Positions 1-15,969 of a stretch of 64,000 nucleotides of DNA are shown piece after piece. A program made the position numbers and the translations under genes. Below the pieces are notes generated by a model. That model was not told where the DNA came from. It searched no databases and saw nothing but the letters and a program-made list of their open reading frames with translations. Position 1 is the first letter of the stretch; each line of letters opens with the position of its first letter. The stretch is from the human T2T-CHM13v2.0 reference genome, Homo sapiens. The stretch lies in NCBI RefSeq assembly GCF_009914755.1, contig NC_060940.1; one strand, given 5' to 3'.

Positions 1-233
1 TCATTTTAAAGCAAAAATCTCACAACATGTGATATCTGGAAACACTGTAACCTAGTGGTAAGACCATAGGCCCTGGGGACACAGGCTGGCCACGTCTCTT
101 CTCCTGTCTGAGCTTTAGTATCCTCTTTTGTGGTCATGAGAACTGAAGATCTGTCCCGAAGATTTGATAAGATAGTAAAGTGCTTCACATAATACCAGAC
201 ATATAAATACACAGTAAATGCTTCCTTCTTATA

Positions 234-532
234 TTTTTATTGATTGATTGATGGAGACAGAATCTTGCTCTCTTGCCCAGGCTGGAATGCAGTGGCGTGA
301 TAATGGTTTCTGCAACCTCCACCTCCTGGGTTCAGGCAATTCTCCTGCCTCAGCCTCCCGAGTAGCTGGGATTACAGGTGCCTGCCACCATGCCCAGCTA
401 ATTATTGTACTTTTAGTACAGACGGGGTTTTACCATGTTGGCCAGGCTGGTCTCGAACTCCTGACCTCATGATCTGCCTGCCTCGGCCTCCCAAACTGCT
501 GGGATTACAGGTGTGAGCCACTGTGCCCAGCC
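234..532 (-). mobile_element. Alu (AluS-type), full length
   Basis: Typical antisense Alu from tgctctcttgcccaggctgg to gtgagccactgtgcccagcc. ORF 248..472 is the classic antisense-Alu peptide. Confidence 0.9.
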
Positions 533-645
533 TGTCTTTTCTCTTCACACCCGCAGTTCATGATGAAATATTAAATATGTACTAGTGGATATTACTTTGC
601 TGAATATTGCCTAATGAATATTAAGTATTTATTCTCACCTTTCAG

Positions 646-704
646 ACATGAACTTATGAATTCAACAGGTGAAGATTTACAACTTGATAAATCAACTTTG
701 TCAG
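646..704 (+). pseudogene. GTF2IP: GTF2I-derived 59-bp exon (unprocessed pseudogene fragment)
   Basis: Splice context ctttcAG|acatgaa...tcag|GTacg. Translates HELMNSTGEDLQLDKSTLS, versus recalled TFII-I HELLNSTREDLQLDKPAS. Confidence 0.85.
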
Positions 705-1277
705 GTACGTCTTCAGTCAAGTCAGATTAGAAGATTATGTGAGGTAATTAACACTTAACATTGATTTAATGGTAGCTTCCACATGAAATAGTATGCCTCT
801 AAGTATTAATTATGTCCTAGGACAGGAGAATTCATGTTGTCAAAATTCTCATACTCTCTAGAACAATAAACTCATTTTCTTTTTATTAGTAAATATTGCA
901 TTTATGGGTAGACAAAACTGAAAGAACAATATTTGTTCTACTTTTGAGATGCAAGATTCATCTGGCATAATGCATTGAACAGGTTATTATTGAAGTCTAC
1001 ACCAGTCAACTGAATAAGCATTCATCAAATGTCCATGATATGCAGGACATAAGTTTTCTTTTAGAGTATGGAACCATGCATATTATCTTTTAATTAGATG
1101 ATTTAGTTAGATATGTTTTTAAAGAACTAGAAATATAATTGTTTTTCTTGTTTTGGCTCTGGAGTGGAGTGGGGACGAAACAGAATGGATTCACACTTGT
1201 TTAGATTTACTAAAATGGAAAGATTGCAGCAAGATCATATCCCTAGTCTCCCTATAGCAAATGTCACCTGCTAGCTG

Positions 1278-1572
1278 TTTTTTTTTTTTTTTTGGAGGTT
1301 GAAGTTTTGTTCTGTCACGCACGCTGGAGTGCAGTGGTATGATCTCAGCTCATGGCAAGCTCACCTCCTGTGTTCAAGCAATTCTCCCTGCCTCAGCCTC
1401 CTAAGTAGCTGGGATTAAAGGCCTCTGCCACCACGCCTGCCTAATTTTTGTATTTGTAGTAGAGTTGGGGTTTCACCATGTTGGCCAGGCTGGCCTTGAA
1501 CTCCTGACTTCAGGAGATTCACCCGCCTCAGCCTCCCAAAGTGCTTGGGATTATGGGTGTGTCACTGCACTT
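1278..1572 (-). mobile_element. Alu, full length, diverged
   Basis: Poly-T followed by an antisense Alu body. Confidence 0.85.
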
Positions 1573-1758
1573 GGATTTAATGGGATATTTCACTACAGAC
1601 TTCGGTAAACAGAATATTAGCATTTTTGGTGTTCTTTTTATTTTACTCATACTGTTTTTCTTTGGACTCAATCACAATAACAGAATTAAAGATCAAAGTG
1701 TAAAAGTTAAAGACCAGTACAGATTCAATAATTATTCTTTTCTACATACTGTGTTTAA

Positions 1759-2321
<563 letters not shown>

Positions 2322-2415
2322 GTAAGATTCCTGGATTCTTATTGGACTGTTGTCTCTGTTATGAGTAATCCATCTTTAGTCATTCACCACTAGGGTTGTA
2401 TTTAATTAAGTCTGA

Positions 2416-2741
<326 letters not shown>

Positions 2742-3872
2742 CTGCTTCTTTCTCTTTTTCTTTTTTTTTCATTAGCAGCTTAAAATTGGTGCCTTATTCA
2801 GACACAAGCAAAAGGACATTAGCCCAGCTTTGGAAATAGGTGAGAGCCCATATATGATTTTCCTAGTTTCTCCTCCCCCTTTGCTTTTTGCTCTCTTGTT
2901 AGTATATTAATTGTTTTCACTCTCTGAATCTTTTTTCCCCATTTCTTTGGCAGACATTTTTACTTGTCTTGGAAGAGTAGGTGAAGAGCTGTTTTTAGGA
3001 CTCTTTGAAAGGGTACAGTATGGGTGACAGTCTTGGCTAATGGTAACATCCAGGGAGCTGGGTTCAGCGTGAGCTGGAATCAGTTCAAATTAGCAAAGCA
3101 CTGGCACTCAGTAGCAGGAATACAAGTGACTGCAAAGTGTTAAACACATCTGGAAAGGGATACTGACATCATCCTCAGAATCTGTGGGGAGTTCACATAG
3201 CCAGTTAAGACCCATTCTTCTTTGACCCTGTAAAGATTCTTTAAAGAATAAATACCCTTAGTGGTTTTCTAGCCAGCTTGCCTGCTCATTTATCTTTGAG
3301 GACGACATGCCTTGTGGAGCTCCACAGGCCCCAGAGGGGTATGGATTCTGCATTTAAAAGTGCTGAAGCTGAGAGACTGGGTCTTGGTGGACCCCGAGAG
3401 GTCTGTTTCTCCTCTACTCATTGTTCCTTTTTTTCCCAACAGCTGGCATTGCTGTTTAAATGGGTTGTTCTTTGCTGTTTTAAGTTGTTTCATAGTGGTG
3501 TGTCAGGATTTGGGTTTTCTTAATACTTTCCAAGCTGGTGACTTGAGTGGTGGTTAGGGAGGAAATGTTTTAGGGCTGTTCTGGAGCTATTGAGGTCAGG
3601 TGTCTAGATACTCCCAGCTTGTCTGTTGAGGAGAATGCTGTTCTCATTGTGCTGCCTTTGGTGGTGCTGTGTGTGGCTCTTTAGATGTGCGTGGAGGTGA
3701 GCTGGGGGAGTTAATGAGATCTTTTTTAGGTGCTTTTCATAAAGTAGCCTGCACTACAGGATTCACTGTGACTTTTTTCCTTAACCTATGCATTTCTCTC
3801 TGCTAGCTTTTGCTGTCTTTCTCATGCCTTTGATTTTCCCAGCTCCTCTTAGTTGAATTAACCTAAGTGCTC

Positions 3873-4468
3873 TGCTATGGTTTAAATGTGTCCCCCAAAG
3901 TTTATGTGCTGGAAACTCAATCCTCAATGCAACAGTTGGGATGTGGGGCCTAATAAAATAGCCTTCATGAATGAGTTAATGTTGTTATTGTGGTAATAGA
4001 TTAGTAATCACAGAGTGGGCTTATTATAAAACAGAGTTCAGCCCCTTTTGCCCTCTTGCTTTCTTGCACTCTCTTTTCCTTCTGCCTTCTGTAGTGGGAT
4101 GATGCAGCAAGAAGACCCTTACCAGATGCAGGCCCCTCAACCTTGGACTTCCTAACATCCAGAACTGTTAAGAAATAAAATTTATTCCTTTCCTTTCCTT
4201 TTCTTCCTCCTTTCCCTTCTCTTCCCTTTTCTTCCCTTCCCCTCCCTCCCTCTCTCTCTCCCTCCCTCCCTCCTTCCCTCCCTTCCTCCTTCCCTCTTTC
4301 TCTCTTTCCCTTCCTTCCTTTCCTTCTTTCCCTTCCTTCCTTTCCTTCCCTCCTTCCCTTTTTCCCTCCTTCCCTCCTCCCTTCCTTTTTTCTTTCCTTC
4401 CTTTTTTCCTTTTTATAAATTATGCAGTCTGTGGTATTCTTTTATAGAAGCATGAAATGGACAAAGAC
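3873..4468 (+). mobile_element. MaLR LTR (MST/MLT1A-like) split by a CT-rich tract
   Basis: Starts tgctatggtttaaatgtgtccccc. Contains MaLR motifs accttggacttcc..ccagaactg..agaaataaa and ends gtctgtggtattctttatag..gac. Confidence 0.7.
4186..4413 (+). repeat. Polypyrimidine (CCTT/CCCT)n low-complexity tract
   Basis: About 230 bp composed only of C and T. Confidence 0.95.
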
Positions 4469-7004
4469 TCCATTTTCAAGAGCAAGCACTTTTGTAGTTT
4501 CTGAGCGAACTATGACTGCAAAGGAAGTTCTATAGGTAGCCTCAGATCCACTACCTAGGAAGCATGCTACCAAGCAGACCTAGGATCTAGGATTTGATCA
4601 AGTGCTGGGCAACATGATACCTCTGCAATTTAGCACTTCCCTATATACCTCCAGTTGGCTCAGCCCATTAGGGCTAAAACTACCCCTCATATCCTAGTGT
4701 CTCTTGTAGGCAGAAGCCTTGCCTAAACCCTAAGCTGCTTGGCTCACATTCTCTCTTGTGCTTTTTTTGTAGGGGGTTCAAATATACACAAAAGAAATAT
4801 GTTGAACCTCCATGCACCCAACCCGCAGATTAAGCAGTTACCTCCATTTTTCCAGATTTGTTTCATCTGCTTCAATCTCCCTAAAAATTTATGTTTGTAC
4901 AGGAAAGACTGAATAAATAGCTAATTTTCCACCCTACCTCTCATCTTAAGTCACTTTTCAGAGTAGTAAGTTAGTGACCTAGTAACCTTCCCTCTAATGA
5001 CCAGTAGTTTTTTTTTCTGAATACCATTATGAACTCATAGATTATTGTTTGCATTTGATGTATTTCAGGCCATTGCAGTCTTTATTGTTTTGGATGCTTA
5101 CATTGTCTCATCTAGGTTAATAATTATCTCTTCAAGTTGACTTTCATGTCTTTTTGAAGTGATCCTGTTGGACTTTGATGGCTTCCTTGCTTTCTGGCAA
5201 AACAGATGTTCCAGGATCAATATACTGCACCATACATGGAGTCAGCCATTTCTCTAGGGAACCTTGATTCCTTTTAGTAGAGAACACAGTTTGAGGTCTT
5301 GGACTGAATGACTTTTGTGAACCTCCTCTCCTGAGACTACAGCCTGCATCCCTGCATATAGCCCGTTTGGAGCTCTTGCTGGGCACCAACAGATCTCCTA
5401 AAACTGCTATATAGTTCTGCCTCACTCTTACAAAGATTCATCTCTTGAGAGTTTTGTGCTCTACCCCCAGATGTGGTCTTTCTGGTTATGAAGCTTTTGC
5501 TTCAGTCACCCTGAATTTTGCCAGCCCTATGCATGCTATACCTTGGATTGCCAACTTGCCCTCACTGAAGCCAGTTTCTCTGGTTAGAATAGTTGCCCAA
5601 ACCCATGCCTAATACTCTAGTAAACAAGGTTCTACCTGGGCTTAGGTTAACTTTTGCTCCTTTGGGCCCTGTGTTCTACCAGCATTCCATTTATCTGAAA
5701 CTCTCCCTCACCTTAAGAACTCATCTGTTCTTTAATGATTTACTGCTGCTTCCTGGGCTCGAAAGAACCCAGTTCAGGAGTTTCTGTTTTAGTTTGAGAT
5801 CTTATAGGCCTGTCTCATCAGGTTGGTGTCAGCCCAGCTAGGATTAGGCAGAATTGGGTGGGGGCTGTAGTGCATTTTTGGCACAGCATGTACCTGTCTG
5901 ACTAATTCTCTGTCTTTTCTTTCCTGTTGCAATTCATGGGTCTTAGCATCTTCTGAATGGTGTTTAGTAGGTCATCCTGTTGATTTCCTGCTAGGGAGTA
6001 GCATACTCTGGCTCTGTACCACTGGCCAAGGGACTTAAGGATAGATGAAGGGCTGCAGTTTTGTTAAATGGAACAATATGAAGAGATGGCATTGTTTAAA
6101 AAAAAAAAAAAAGGCTTGGCAGCAGGGCCCATTTGAATGGTTGGTCCTTGGCTCCTTTGTTGATATAGGCAGATCCTTGATGGGAATTTGGAATGATCCC
6201 AAATATTGTAGATCACTGGTACATCAAGTCATCCTCAAGGTTGTCTGTGTAACAGTCTTGAATGATATTTTGTCAGTCTTTGGAGATTCTCTGTATAGGG
6301 TTTAATCATTTAGTTATTTCAGTTGAGCCTGTTTAGTTTCTTTGCAAGGAGATAAGAAATGTGAAAGAGATGCAGACATTAGGGAAAAAAAGTCAGGAGC
6401 CTTGTTTCCCCATCCTCTACTTGGGTTCTGGAACTAGACTCATAGGTGAGTAGTGAGGAGCTGGGCCCAAGCACATTAATCCTAGATCTAGCTCTGCTTT
6501 GCCCTCGCTCCAGTTCTTGTATCAAATTCACTTCAAGCCACCCAGAGTAGTATGTAGAGGAGTCATTCAGGACCATGCTCATACTTCATTGTATCAAATG
6601 GGAGATTCAGTAATTTATAGCCTGTTGTTTCTGGAGCCTGGAGATGGCTCTGCATAAGATTTGCCGAAGCAAATTTTATTACATTAGAAGAGAACCTAGC
6701 TGGCTGCATCCTACACTGGAAGCTTTTAGATGCTAATAAGGAGGTCATGTAAAGGTCACAGAATGACTCTGGAATCCATTCCCCACCAAGAAAGAATAAT
6801 GACATTCTATGTTGGCCTCTTTTCATTTCCCTTTGGTTTTGAGTAATAAATTCTCTCCTCACTTCCCAGTCGAACTGTTTGGGAGTCTCTATTCCCTAGA
6901 AAGACTCTGGTCACATACCCATCAGATTAAATTAGGTGAAAACTCTTTGGCCTTCATGAATGTTGAAGGATTTCAAAGGGCTAATGGAAATTCTTCTAGA
7001 AGTA

Positions 7005-7228
7005 ACTGCAACCTCCGCCTTCCGGGTTCAAGCGATTTTCCTGCCTCAGCCTCCCAAGTAGCTGGGATTACAGGTGTCCACCACCATGCCCAACTAATTT
7101 TTGTATTTTTAGTAGAGACGGGGTTTCACCATGTTGGCCAGGCTGATCTAGAACTTTTGACCTCAGGTGATCCGCCCGCCTCAGCCTCCCAAAGTGCTGG
7201 GATTACAGGCGTGATCCACCGCGCCCAG
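7005..7228 (-). mobile_element. AluS lacking its 3' end and tail
   Basis: Begins abruptly at actgcaacctccgcc and ends at ccaccgcgcccag. Confidence 0.85.
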
Positions 7229-7521
7229 TTAAACTTCAGTTTTTCATGTTCCATGCATTGGTCAGGGTCTTAGGGAGTGATTCATTCTAGCAGAACTCCC
7301 TGGATTTTAAGGCAGATGTTCCATTTATTAATTGACAAAGGAGGCATATTTCTCCCCTGGTAACCCAAAGATTTAGGTCATTTTCCCAGAGACTCCATTT
7401 CCACTGTGAGGGTTCTTGGAAAACTAAGCAGAGGATGAGGAAAAGTCTGTGAACAAGCTTGCTGGTCTCTCCCTGTCCTACAAAAGAGCATACCTCTTCT
7501 GTAACCAGAAGGCCCTTTTGA

Positions 7522-7871
<350 letters not shown>

Positions 7872-8128
7872 TGCGACGATTTTTCAATGATGTAATTTCT
7901 CTTTTACAGAGCCACCTAAGCTGAAGATTCCCTTGAGAACAAGTACTGTCCCTAGTTTCCCAGTGCTGGAATATAGAAAATGGATGGACAAGTAAATCCC
8001 ACTCAGCACCCATAGTCCAGGCATGGGGACCTCAACACACCTGAGCCCCAGACATCACCTTTCATTGTGAGTAGCTCTGAGATGACACTTCTGCTGTTCC
8101 CAATTCCAGCATTAATTGGATTAGATAG

Positions 8129-8490
<362 letters not shown>

Positions 8491-8696
8491 CTACAGTTAT
8501 ACAGTAGGAGACATTATGTTCCATGACAATGGTAATTTTTAACGACAGTTTTTAATTGAGTGAAATTACCATAAAAATAATAATAGTAGCAGCTAATATT
8601 TACTGAGCTGTTACTAGGTGCCTATAAATAGCATAGATTTTTAAATTCTCCATAATTCTTCCTTATTTCACTTAACCACCCTATCTTAAATTACTC

Positions 8697-8802
8697 ATGC
8701 TTGCCTCAGTAGCACACATACTTAAGTTGGAACAATAGAGAGATTGGCACGGCCTCTGTGAAAGAATGACATGCAAATTTGTGAAGCATTCCATATTTTT
8801 TT
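8697..8802 (+). pseudogene. RNU6-P: U6 snRNA retropseudogene
   Basis: atgcttgcctcagtagcacacatacttaagttggaacaatagagag...gcaaatttgtgaagcattccatattttt aligns end to end with U6 (GTGCTCGCTTCGGCAGCACATATAC...GCGTTCCATATTTT). A-rich tail. TSD aaattactc at 8688-8696 and 8817-8825. Confidence 0.95.
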
Positions 8803-9234
8803 AAAAAAAGAGAAAAAAATTACTCCCAGATTTTCACTGTGTTTGTGCATATGACCTTTTGTTTAGGTTGAATTATATCCAAAGGTGAAATTTCCAGAAG
8901 TGAGATTACTGTGAGTCACAGGGCATGAGCATTCTTATTACCCTCGATGTAAATTGCAAAGCTTTCAGGCATGGTGGCTGTCAGCCTGTAATTCCAGCAC
9001 TTTGGGAGGCTGAGGTGGGAGGATTGCTTGAGGCCAGGAGTTGGAGGAGGCAGTATAATGAGTCACTGTCTGTATGATTTAAAAAAAATTTCCAAGCTTT
9101 ATGCTGGAAGGCTTATATACATTTTAAACACCACTAATACTACAAGAAAATGGCCATTTCACTGCACCTTCGCCCACACAGGTATTATAATTTAACAAGT
9201 TATTTTCTGTGTGATAAATGAAAGACCTCCTATT

Positions 9235-9783
<549 letters not shown>

Positions 9784-10165
9784 TAGAGTTACTTTGTCTT
9801 TTACTAATTCAATGATCTGTTTAATCTTTTATTAAATTATAAAAATGATAAATACTTTTAAATAAGTGAAAAATGTCCTTCACTCTTTAGACCCATAATC
9901 TTATCTCAGGAAATAATTGCAGTTGAGAAAATGGGCCATATCCTTCAAGATACGTACATGGTGATTGAACATCACTTCATATTTTCATATTTCGTGGACA
10001 TTTGTGCCAATACCTATTGATCTATCTTAATCCTTTTCATGGTTGCATAATATTTTATTATATGGATGTATCACAATTTACCAGTACCAGTCAACTGCTG
10101 GAGGCATTTAGGCTCCTTCTAATATTTGCTTTGAGCTCTTTATATAATTAAAAATTAACCCCCTC

Positions 10166-10590
10166 AGCCAGGTGTGGCAGCTCACACCTGTAATCCCAGC
10201 ATTTTGGAAGGCTGAGGTGAGAGAACTGCCTGAGTGTAGGAGATCACCACCAACCTGGTCAACATAGTGACACTTTGTCTCTACTAAAAATTAAAAAAAA
10301 AAAATGAGCTACACGTTGCAGTGCACACCTGTAGTCCGAGCTACTGGGGAGGCTAAGCCTGGAGGATCACTTGAGTCTAGAAGGTTGAGGCTGCAGTAAG
10401 CTATGATCACACCATTGCACTTTAGCTTTGCTAAGAGCAAGACTGCATTTCTTAAACAAAATAAAAATTAGATGGGAATATTGCTCAAGCCCTGGAGGTT
10501 GAGGCTGCAGTTAACTGTGATTGCACCACTGCAGTCCAGCCTAGGTGATAGAGCAAGACCCTTTCTCTAAAAATAAAATAAAATAAAAAT
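10166..10590 (+). mobile_element. AluJ dimer plus an extra partial right monomer
   Basis: Sense Alu to ~10465, then ttgctcaagccctggaggttgaggctgcag... and a tail. Flanked by aaaaattaacc at 10150-10160 and 10585-10595. Confidence 0.8.
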
Positions 10591-10752
10591 TAACCTTCTA
10601 TCATATTTCCCAGTAACACCTTCCCTCCTACATTTCTCCTAGAAGCCCTTAAATTTTGTTTTTCACATATCGTTTAAAACTTTTAAGTGCTGATGTCTGT
10701 CTGTGTCATCCCTCTTTTTTTTTTTTTTTAAATGTCTTTTTGTCACTTCTAG

Positions 10753-10817
10753 CTGGACCTACCATGAAAGACTTCTGAATCCAGGAAGAGAAACTGACTG
10801 GGCAACATGTTATTCAG
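10753..10817 (+). other. Candidate 65-bp non-coding exon, copy 1
   Basis: Polypyrimidine tract, then cttctAG|ctgga...attcag|GTac. Splice sites are retained in the paralog at 23538-23602. Confidence 0.55.
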
Positions 10818-11484
10818 GTACAAAAAGACTTGGACTGTAACTCAAAAATGATCAAATAATAGTGCATGCATCAAGTGCAATCGGAAGCTCTTCTGGAGAG
10901 GGAGAGAAGCTTCCAGTTAAGGTGACATTGAAGCCAAGTCCTGTAAGATAAGGAAGAGTTGTATGAGAGTGGGGAGGGAAGGGGGAGGTGGAGGGATGGG
11001 GATTGGGCTGGGATGGGATGGAGTGAGCTGCCCAGGCAGGGAAACCAGCACTATACAGACCTGAACAATGAAGATGGTACATTTTGTTCAGGGAATGGTG
11101 AATTAAGTGTGGCAGAAATGCTTTGTAGAGACAGTAATTTGCTTGTATGGAATTTTGCCCAAGAGACCTCATTACAGTTTCTAATTTTTTGATGTTATCA
11201 TGCATCACTGCCCTTGTCAGATAGTATCATGATCACAATAACATCAAGCATAATATTTCATTGATTCTCACAAAAACAGGTGGGTGCCACAGTTATCCCC
11301 ATTATATGCACAAAATGATGAAGACTTGGGGTTAATGAGTGATTTGCCCAAGCTCACCTGAATATTAGGACTGAGTCAAATGTTAGTCTGGTCTGACTTT
11401 AATGCTTGCCTTGTTCATGAGCACCATGCATTGCCTCTCCTATTAAGTTAAGCAGGTAGACAGGTGAGAGAAGAGCCAGTGTGA

Positions 11485-12547
11485 TATCGGGGGAAATTCA
11501 CCCCTGATATTTCATGTAGGTTCTTTTCTATTTTCCCTGAGTGTCAGCCAGTCTGAGAAATAAAGGGAAAGAGTACAAAAGAGAGAAATTTTAAAGCTGG
11601 ATGTCCAGGGGAGACATCACACGTCGGCAGGTTCCGTGATGCCCCCCAAGCCGCAAAACCAACAAGTTTTTATTAGTGATTTTCAAAAGGTGAGGGAGTG
11701 TACGAATAGGGTGTGGGTCACAGAGATCACATGCTTCACAAGGTAATAAAATATCACAAGGCAAATGGAGGCAGGGCAAGATCACAGGACCACAGGACCG
11801 GGGCGAAATTAAAATTGCTAATGAAGTTTCGGGCGCGCATTGTCATTGATAACATCTTATCAGGAGAAAGGGTTTGAGAGCAGACAACCCATCTGACCAA
11901 CATTTATTAGGCGGGAATTTCCTTGTCCTGATAAGCCTGGGAGCGCCACGTGAACCCAGGGCTTATTTCATCCCTTATCTATGACTGTAAAAGACAGCCG
12001 TCCCCAAAGCGGCCATTTCAGAGGCCTCCCCTTAGGGATGCATTCTCTTTCTCAGGGATGTTCTTTGCTGAGAAAAAGAATTCAGCAATACTTCTCCTAT
12101 TTGCTTTTGAAAGAAGAGAAATATGGCTCTGTTCAACCCGGCCCACAGGCAGCCAGAGTTTAAGGTTATCTCCCTTGTTCCCTGAAATTGCTGTTATCCT
12201 GTTCTTTTTTCAAGGTGCCCAGGTTTCATATTGTTTAAACAACTTGTGCAGTTAACGCAATTATCACAGGGTCCTGCGGGGACATTCATCCTCAGCTTAC
12301 GAAGATGACCGGATTAAGAGATTAAAGACAGGCATAGAAAATCACAAGGGTATTGATTGGGGAAGTGATAAGTGTCCATGAAATCTTCACAATTTATGTT
12401 CAGAGATTGCAGTAATGACAGGCCTAAGAAATTATAGAAGTATTAATTTGGGGAACTAATAAATGTCCATGAAATCTTCACAATTTATGTTCTTCTGCTG
12501 TGGCTTCAGCCAGTCCCTCCGTTTGGGGTCCCTGACTTCCTGCAACA
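11485..12547 (-). mobile_element. MER11-family solo LTR (HERV-K11/HML-8)
   Basis: Minus strand begins TGTTGCAGGAAGTCAGGGACCCCAAACGGAGGGACTGGCTGAAGCC and ends GAATTTCCCCCGATA. About 1.06 kb. Absent from the paralogous site at ~24275. Confidence 0.85.
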
Positions 12548-12549
12548 CG

Positions 12550-14010
<1,461 letters not shown>

Positions 14011-14032
14011 AATGTATATTTCTTTTCTTATA

Positions 14033-14310
14033 TCGGAGACAGAGTCTCACTCTGCCACTGAGGCTGGAGTGCAGTGATGTGATCATAGCTCACTGCAGCC
14101 TTGACCTCCTAGGCTAAAGCAATCCTCCCACCTTAGCCTCTCCAGTAGCTGGAACTACAGGCATGCATCACCATGTCCAGCTGATTTTAATTTTGTAAAG
14201 GCAGGATCTTCCTATTTTCCCCAGGCTGATCTCTAACTCTTGGCCTCAAGCAATCCTTCCTCTTTGGCCTCCCAAAATGTTGGGATTACAGATGGGAGCC
14301 CCCATACCCA
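14033..14310 (-). mobile_element. AluJ-type
   Basis: Antisense Alu body. Paralog at ~25770-25940. Confidence 0.8.
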
Positions 14311-14312
14311 CC

Positions 14313-14669
14313 AATCACAAGGATCTTTATAAGAGAATGAGGTAGGAGAGTCAGAATTAGAGAAAGTGATGTGGTAATGGAAGAAGAGGTCAGAGAGGGA
14401 GATTTGAAGATGCTGCACTTCTGGCCTTGAATATGGAGTCACGAGGTAAGTCAAGGAATGGAGGTGGCTTCTAGAAGCTGGAAAAGGCAAAGGAGCACAT
14501 TCTGTCTAGAGCCTCCCCCAGAAGGAATGCAGCCTCTCTGACACCTTGACTTTAGCCTTGATAGACCTAGTTGGGCTTCTGGCCCCCAGAACTGTAAGAT
14601 GGTAGATTTGTGGTGTTTGATGCCACTAAATGTAGGGTACTTTGTTGTAGCAACAACAAAAAATGAACA
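14313..14669 (+). mobile_element. MLT1-type MaLR LTR
   Basis: agaagctggaaaaggcaa..agagcctcc..gaaggaatgcagcc..acaccttgactttagcc..ccagaactgtaaga. Confidence 0.75.
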
Positions 14670-14682
14670 TGAAGCTGGGACC

Positions 14683-15260
14683 TCATGTTACAGTTGCTCA
14701 CGCCTGTAATCCCAGAACTTTAGGAGGCTGAGGTGGGAGGATCGCTTAAGCCCAGGAGCTTAAGACCAGCCTGGGCAACATAATGAGACCTCATGTCTAA
14801 AAAAAAATGTTTTTAAAGGCCAGGCGCAGTGGCTCACGCCTGTAATCCCAGCACTTTGGGAGGCCGAGGAGGGTGGATCACGAGGTCAGAAGTTCAAGAC
14901 CAGCCTAGCCAAGATGGTGAAACCCCATCTCTACTAAAAATACAAACATTAGCCAGGTGTGGTGGTGGGTGCCTGTAATCCCAGCTACTTGGGAGGCAGA
15001 GAATCACTTGAACCCAAAAGGCAGACATTGCAGTGAGCCAAGATCGCACCCTTACACTTCAGCCTGGGCGACCGAGACTCCGTCTCAAAAAAAAAAAAAA
15101 AAGCCATGTGTTGTGGCATGCAGCTGTAGTCTCAGTTCCTAGGGTGGCTGAGGCGGGAGGATTGTTTAAGCCTGGGAGGTTGAAGTTGCTGTGAGCTGTG
15201 ATTGCACCAGTGTACTCCAGCCTGGGCAATAAAGCAAGACCTTATTTCAAAAAGAAAGAA
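14683..15260 (+). mobile_element. Nested Alus: AluS (14818-15102) inserted in the A-rich linker of an AluJ
   Basis: Left monomer, a complete Alu, then a right monomer. Confidence 0.8.
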
Positions 15261-15289
15261 ATGAGCATGGTGGGAATGGGGACAGATGG

Positions 15290-15880
15290 CAGTGTTAAGT
15301 AGAGTGGTCAGGGTTGGCCTCATAAGTGAATACTGAGCAAAAGTTTGAAGCAGGTGATGGAGCTGGCCAAGGTGCTGAGGGAAGAGCATTGTAGGCTGAG
15401 TCAACAGGATAAAGGCATTAGGAGGAAACTCTCTGGTGTGTCTGAGGCTCTGGAAGGAGGCCAGTGGAGCAAAGAGATAGAGGGAGCGAAGTCAGCGAGG
15501 AGGCCAGGGAGTTGCTGGGCTGGGATCGGTACAGATCGTGTAAGCCCTGGGACGCTATTGCTGGGGCTTTGGCTTTTACTCTGACTAAAATGGGAACCAC
15601 CAAGGGCTTCTGAGCAGAGAGGCGACATGATCCGTCTCCTGATTTAAAAGCACGACCTGGCTGCCGAGTTGAGAAAGACTATGGGAAGATTTGGGTAGAA
15701 GCATGGGGGCCAAGCTGTGGCAACATCCCGGTGGGAGATGATAGTGATCCTGACGGGGTTCATGGTGGTGGTGAGAGATGGTTAGAGCCTGGATACATAT
15801 TGAAGTCAGTCAGTAGGATTTCCTGACAGACTGGATGTGAGCTGTGAGAGAAGGCAGTGGTCAAGGTTGAGTTTGATTCT
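15290..15880 (+). mobile_element. L2 fragment
   Basis: Purine-rich L2 3'-region motifs such as ttggcttttactctgac..atgggaaccacc..ttctgagcagag..gacatgatc. Confidence 0.6.
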
Positions 15881-15969
15881 GATTGAATTATTAAGTAATT
15901 TTAAAAAACACTACTGCTTTTCCCAATCCTACCAAGTAAAGGATGCTAGATAAAAGAAATCTCAAGTCA

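Noticed and set aside
8697-8802. Functional U6 gene
   Set aside because: It has many substitutions, including in the ACAGAGA box (atagaga), plus an A tail and TSD. The upstream flank is simply the insertion target.
10753-10817. Assignment of the 65-bp exon to a KRAB-ZNF upstream exon
   Set aside because: Only a vague resemblance (QEEKL..Q). No KRAB or zinc-finger exon lies nearby, and it cannot be supported without a search.
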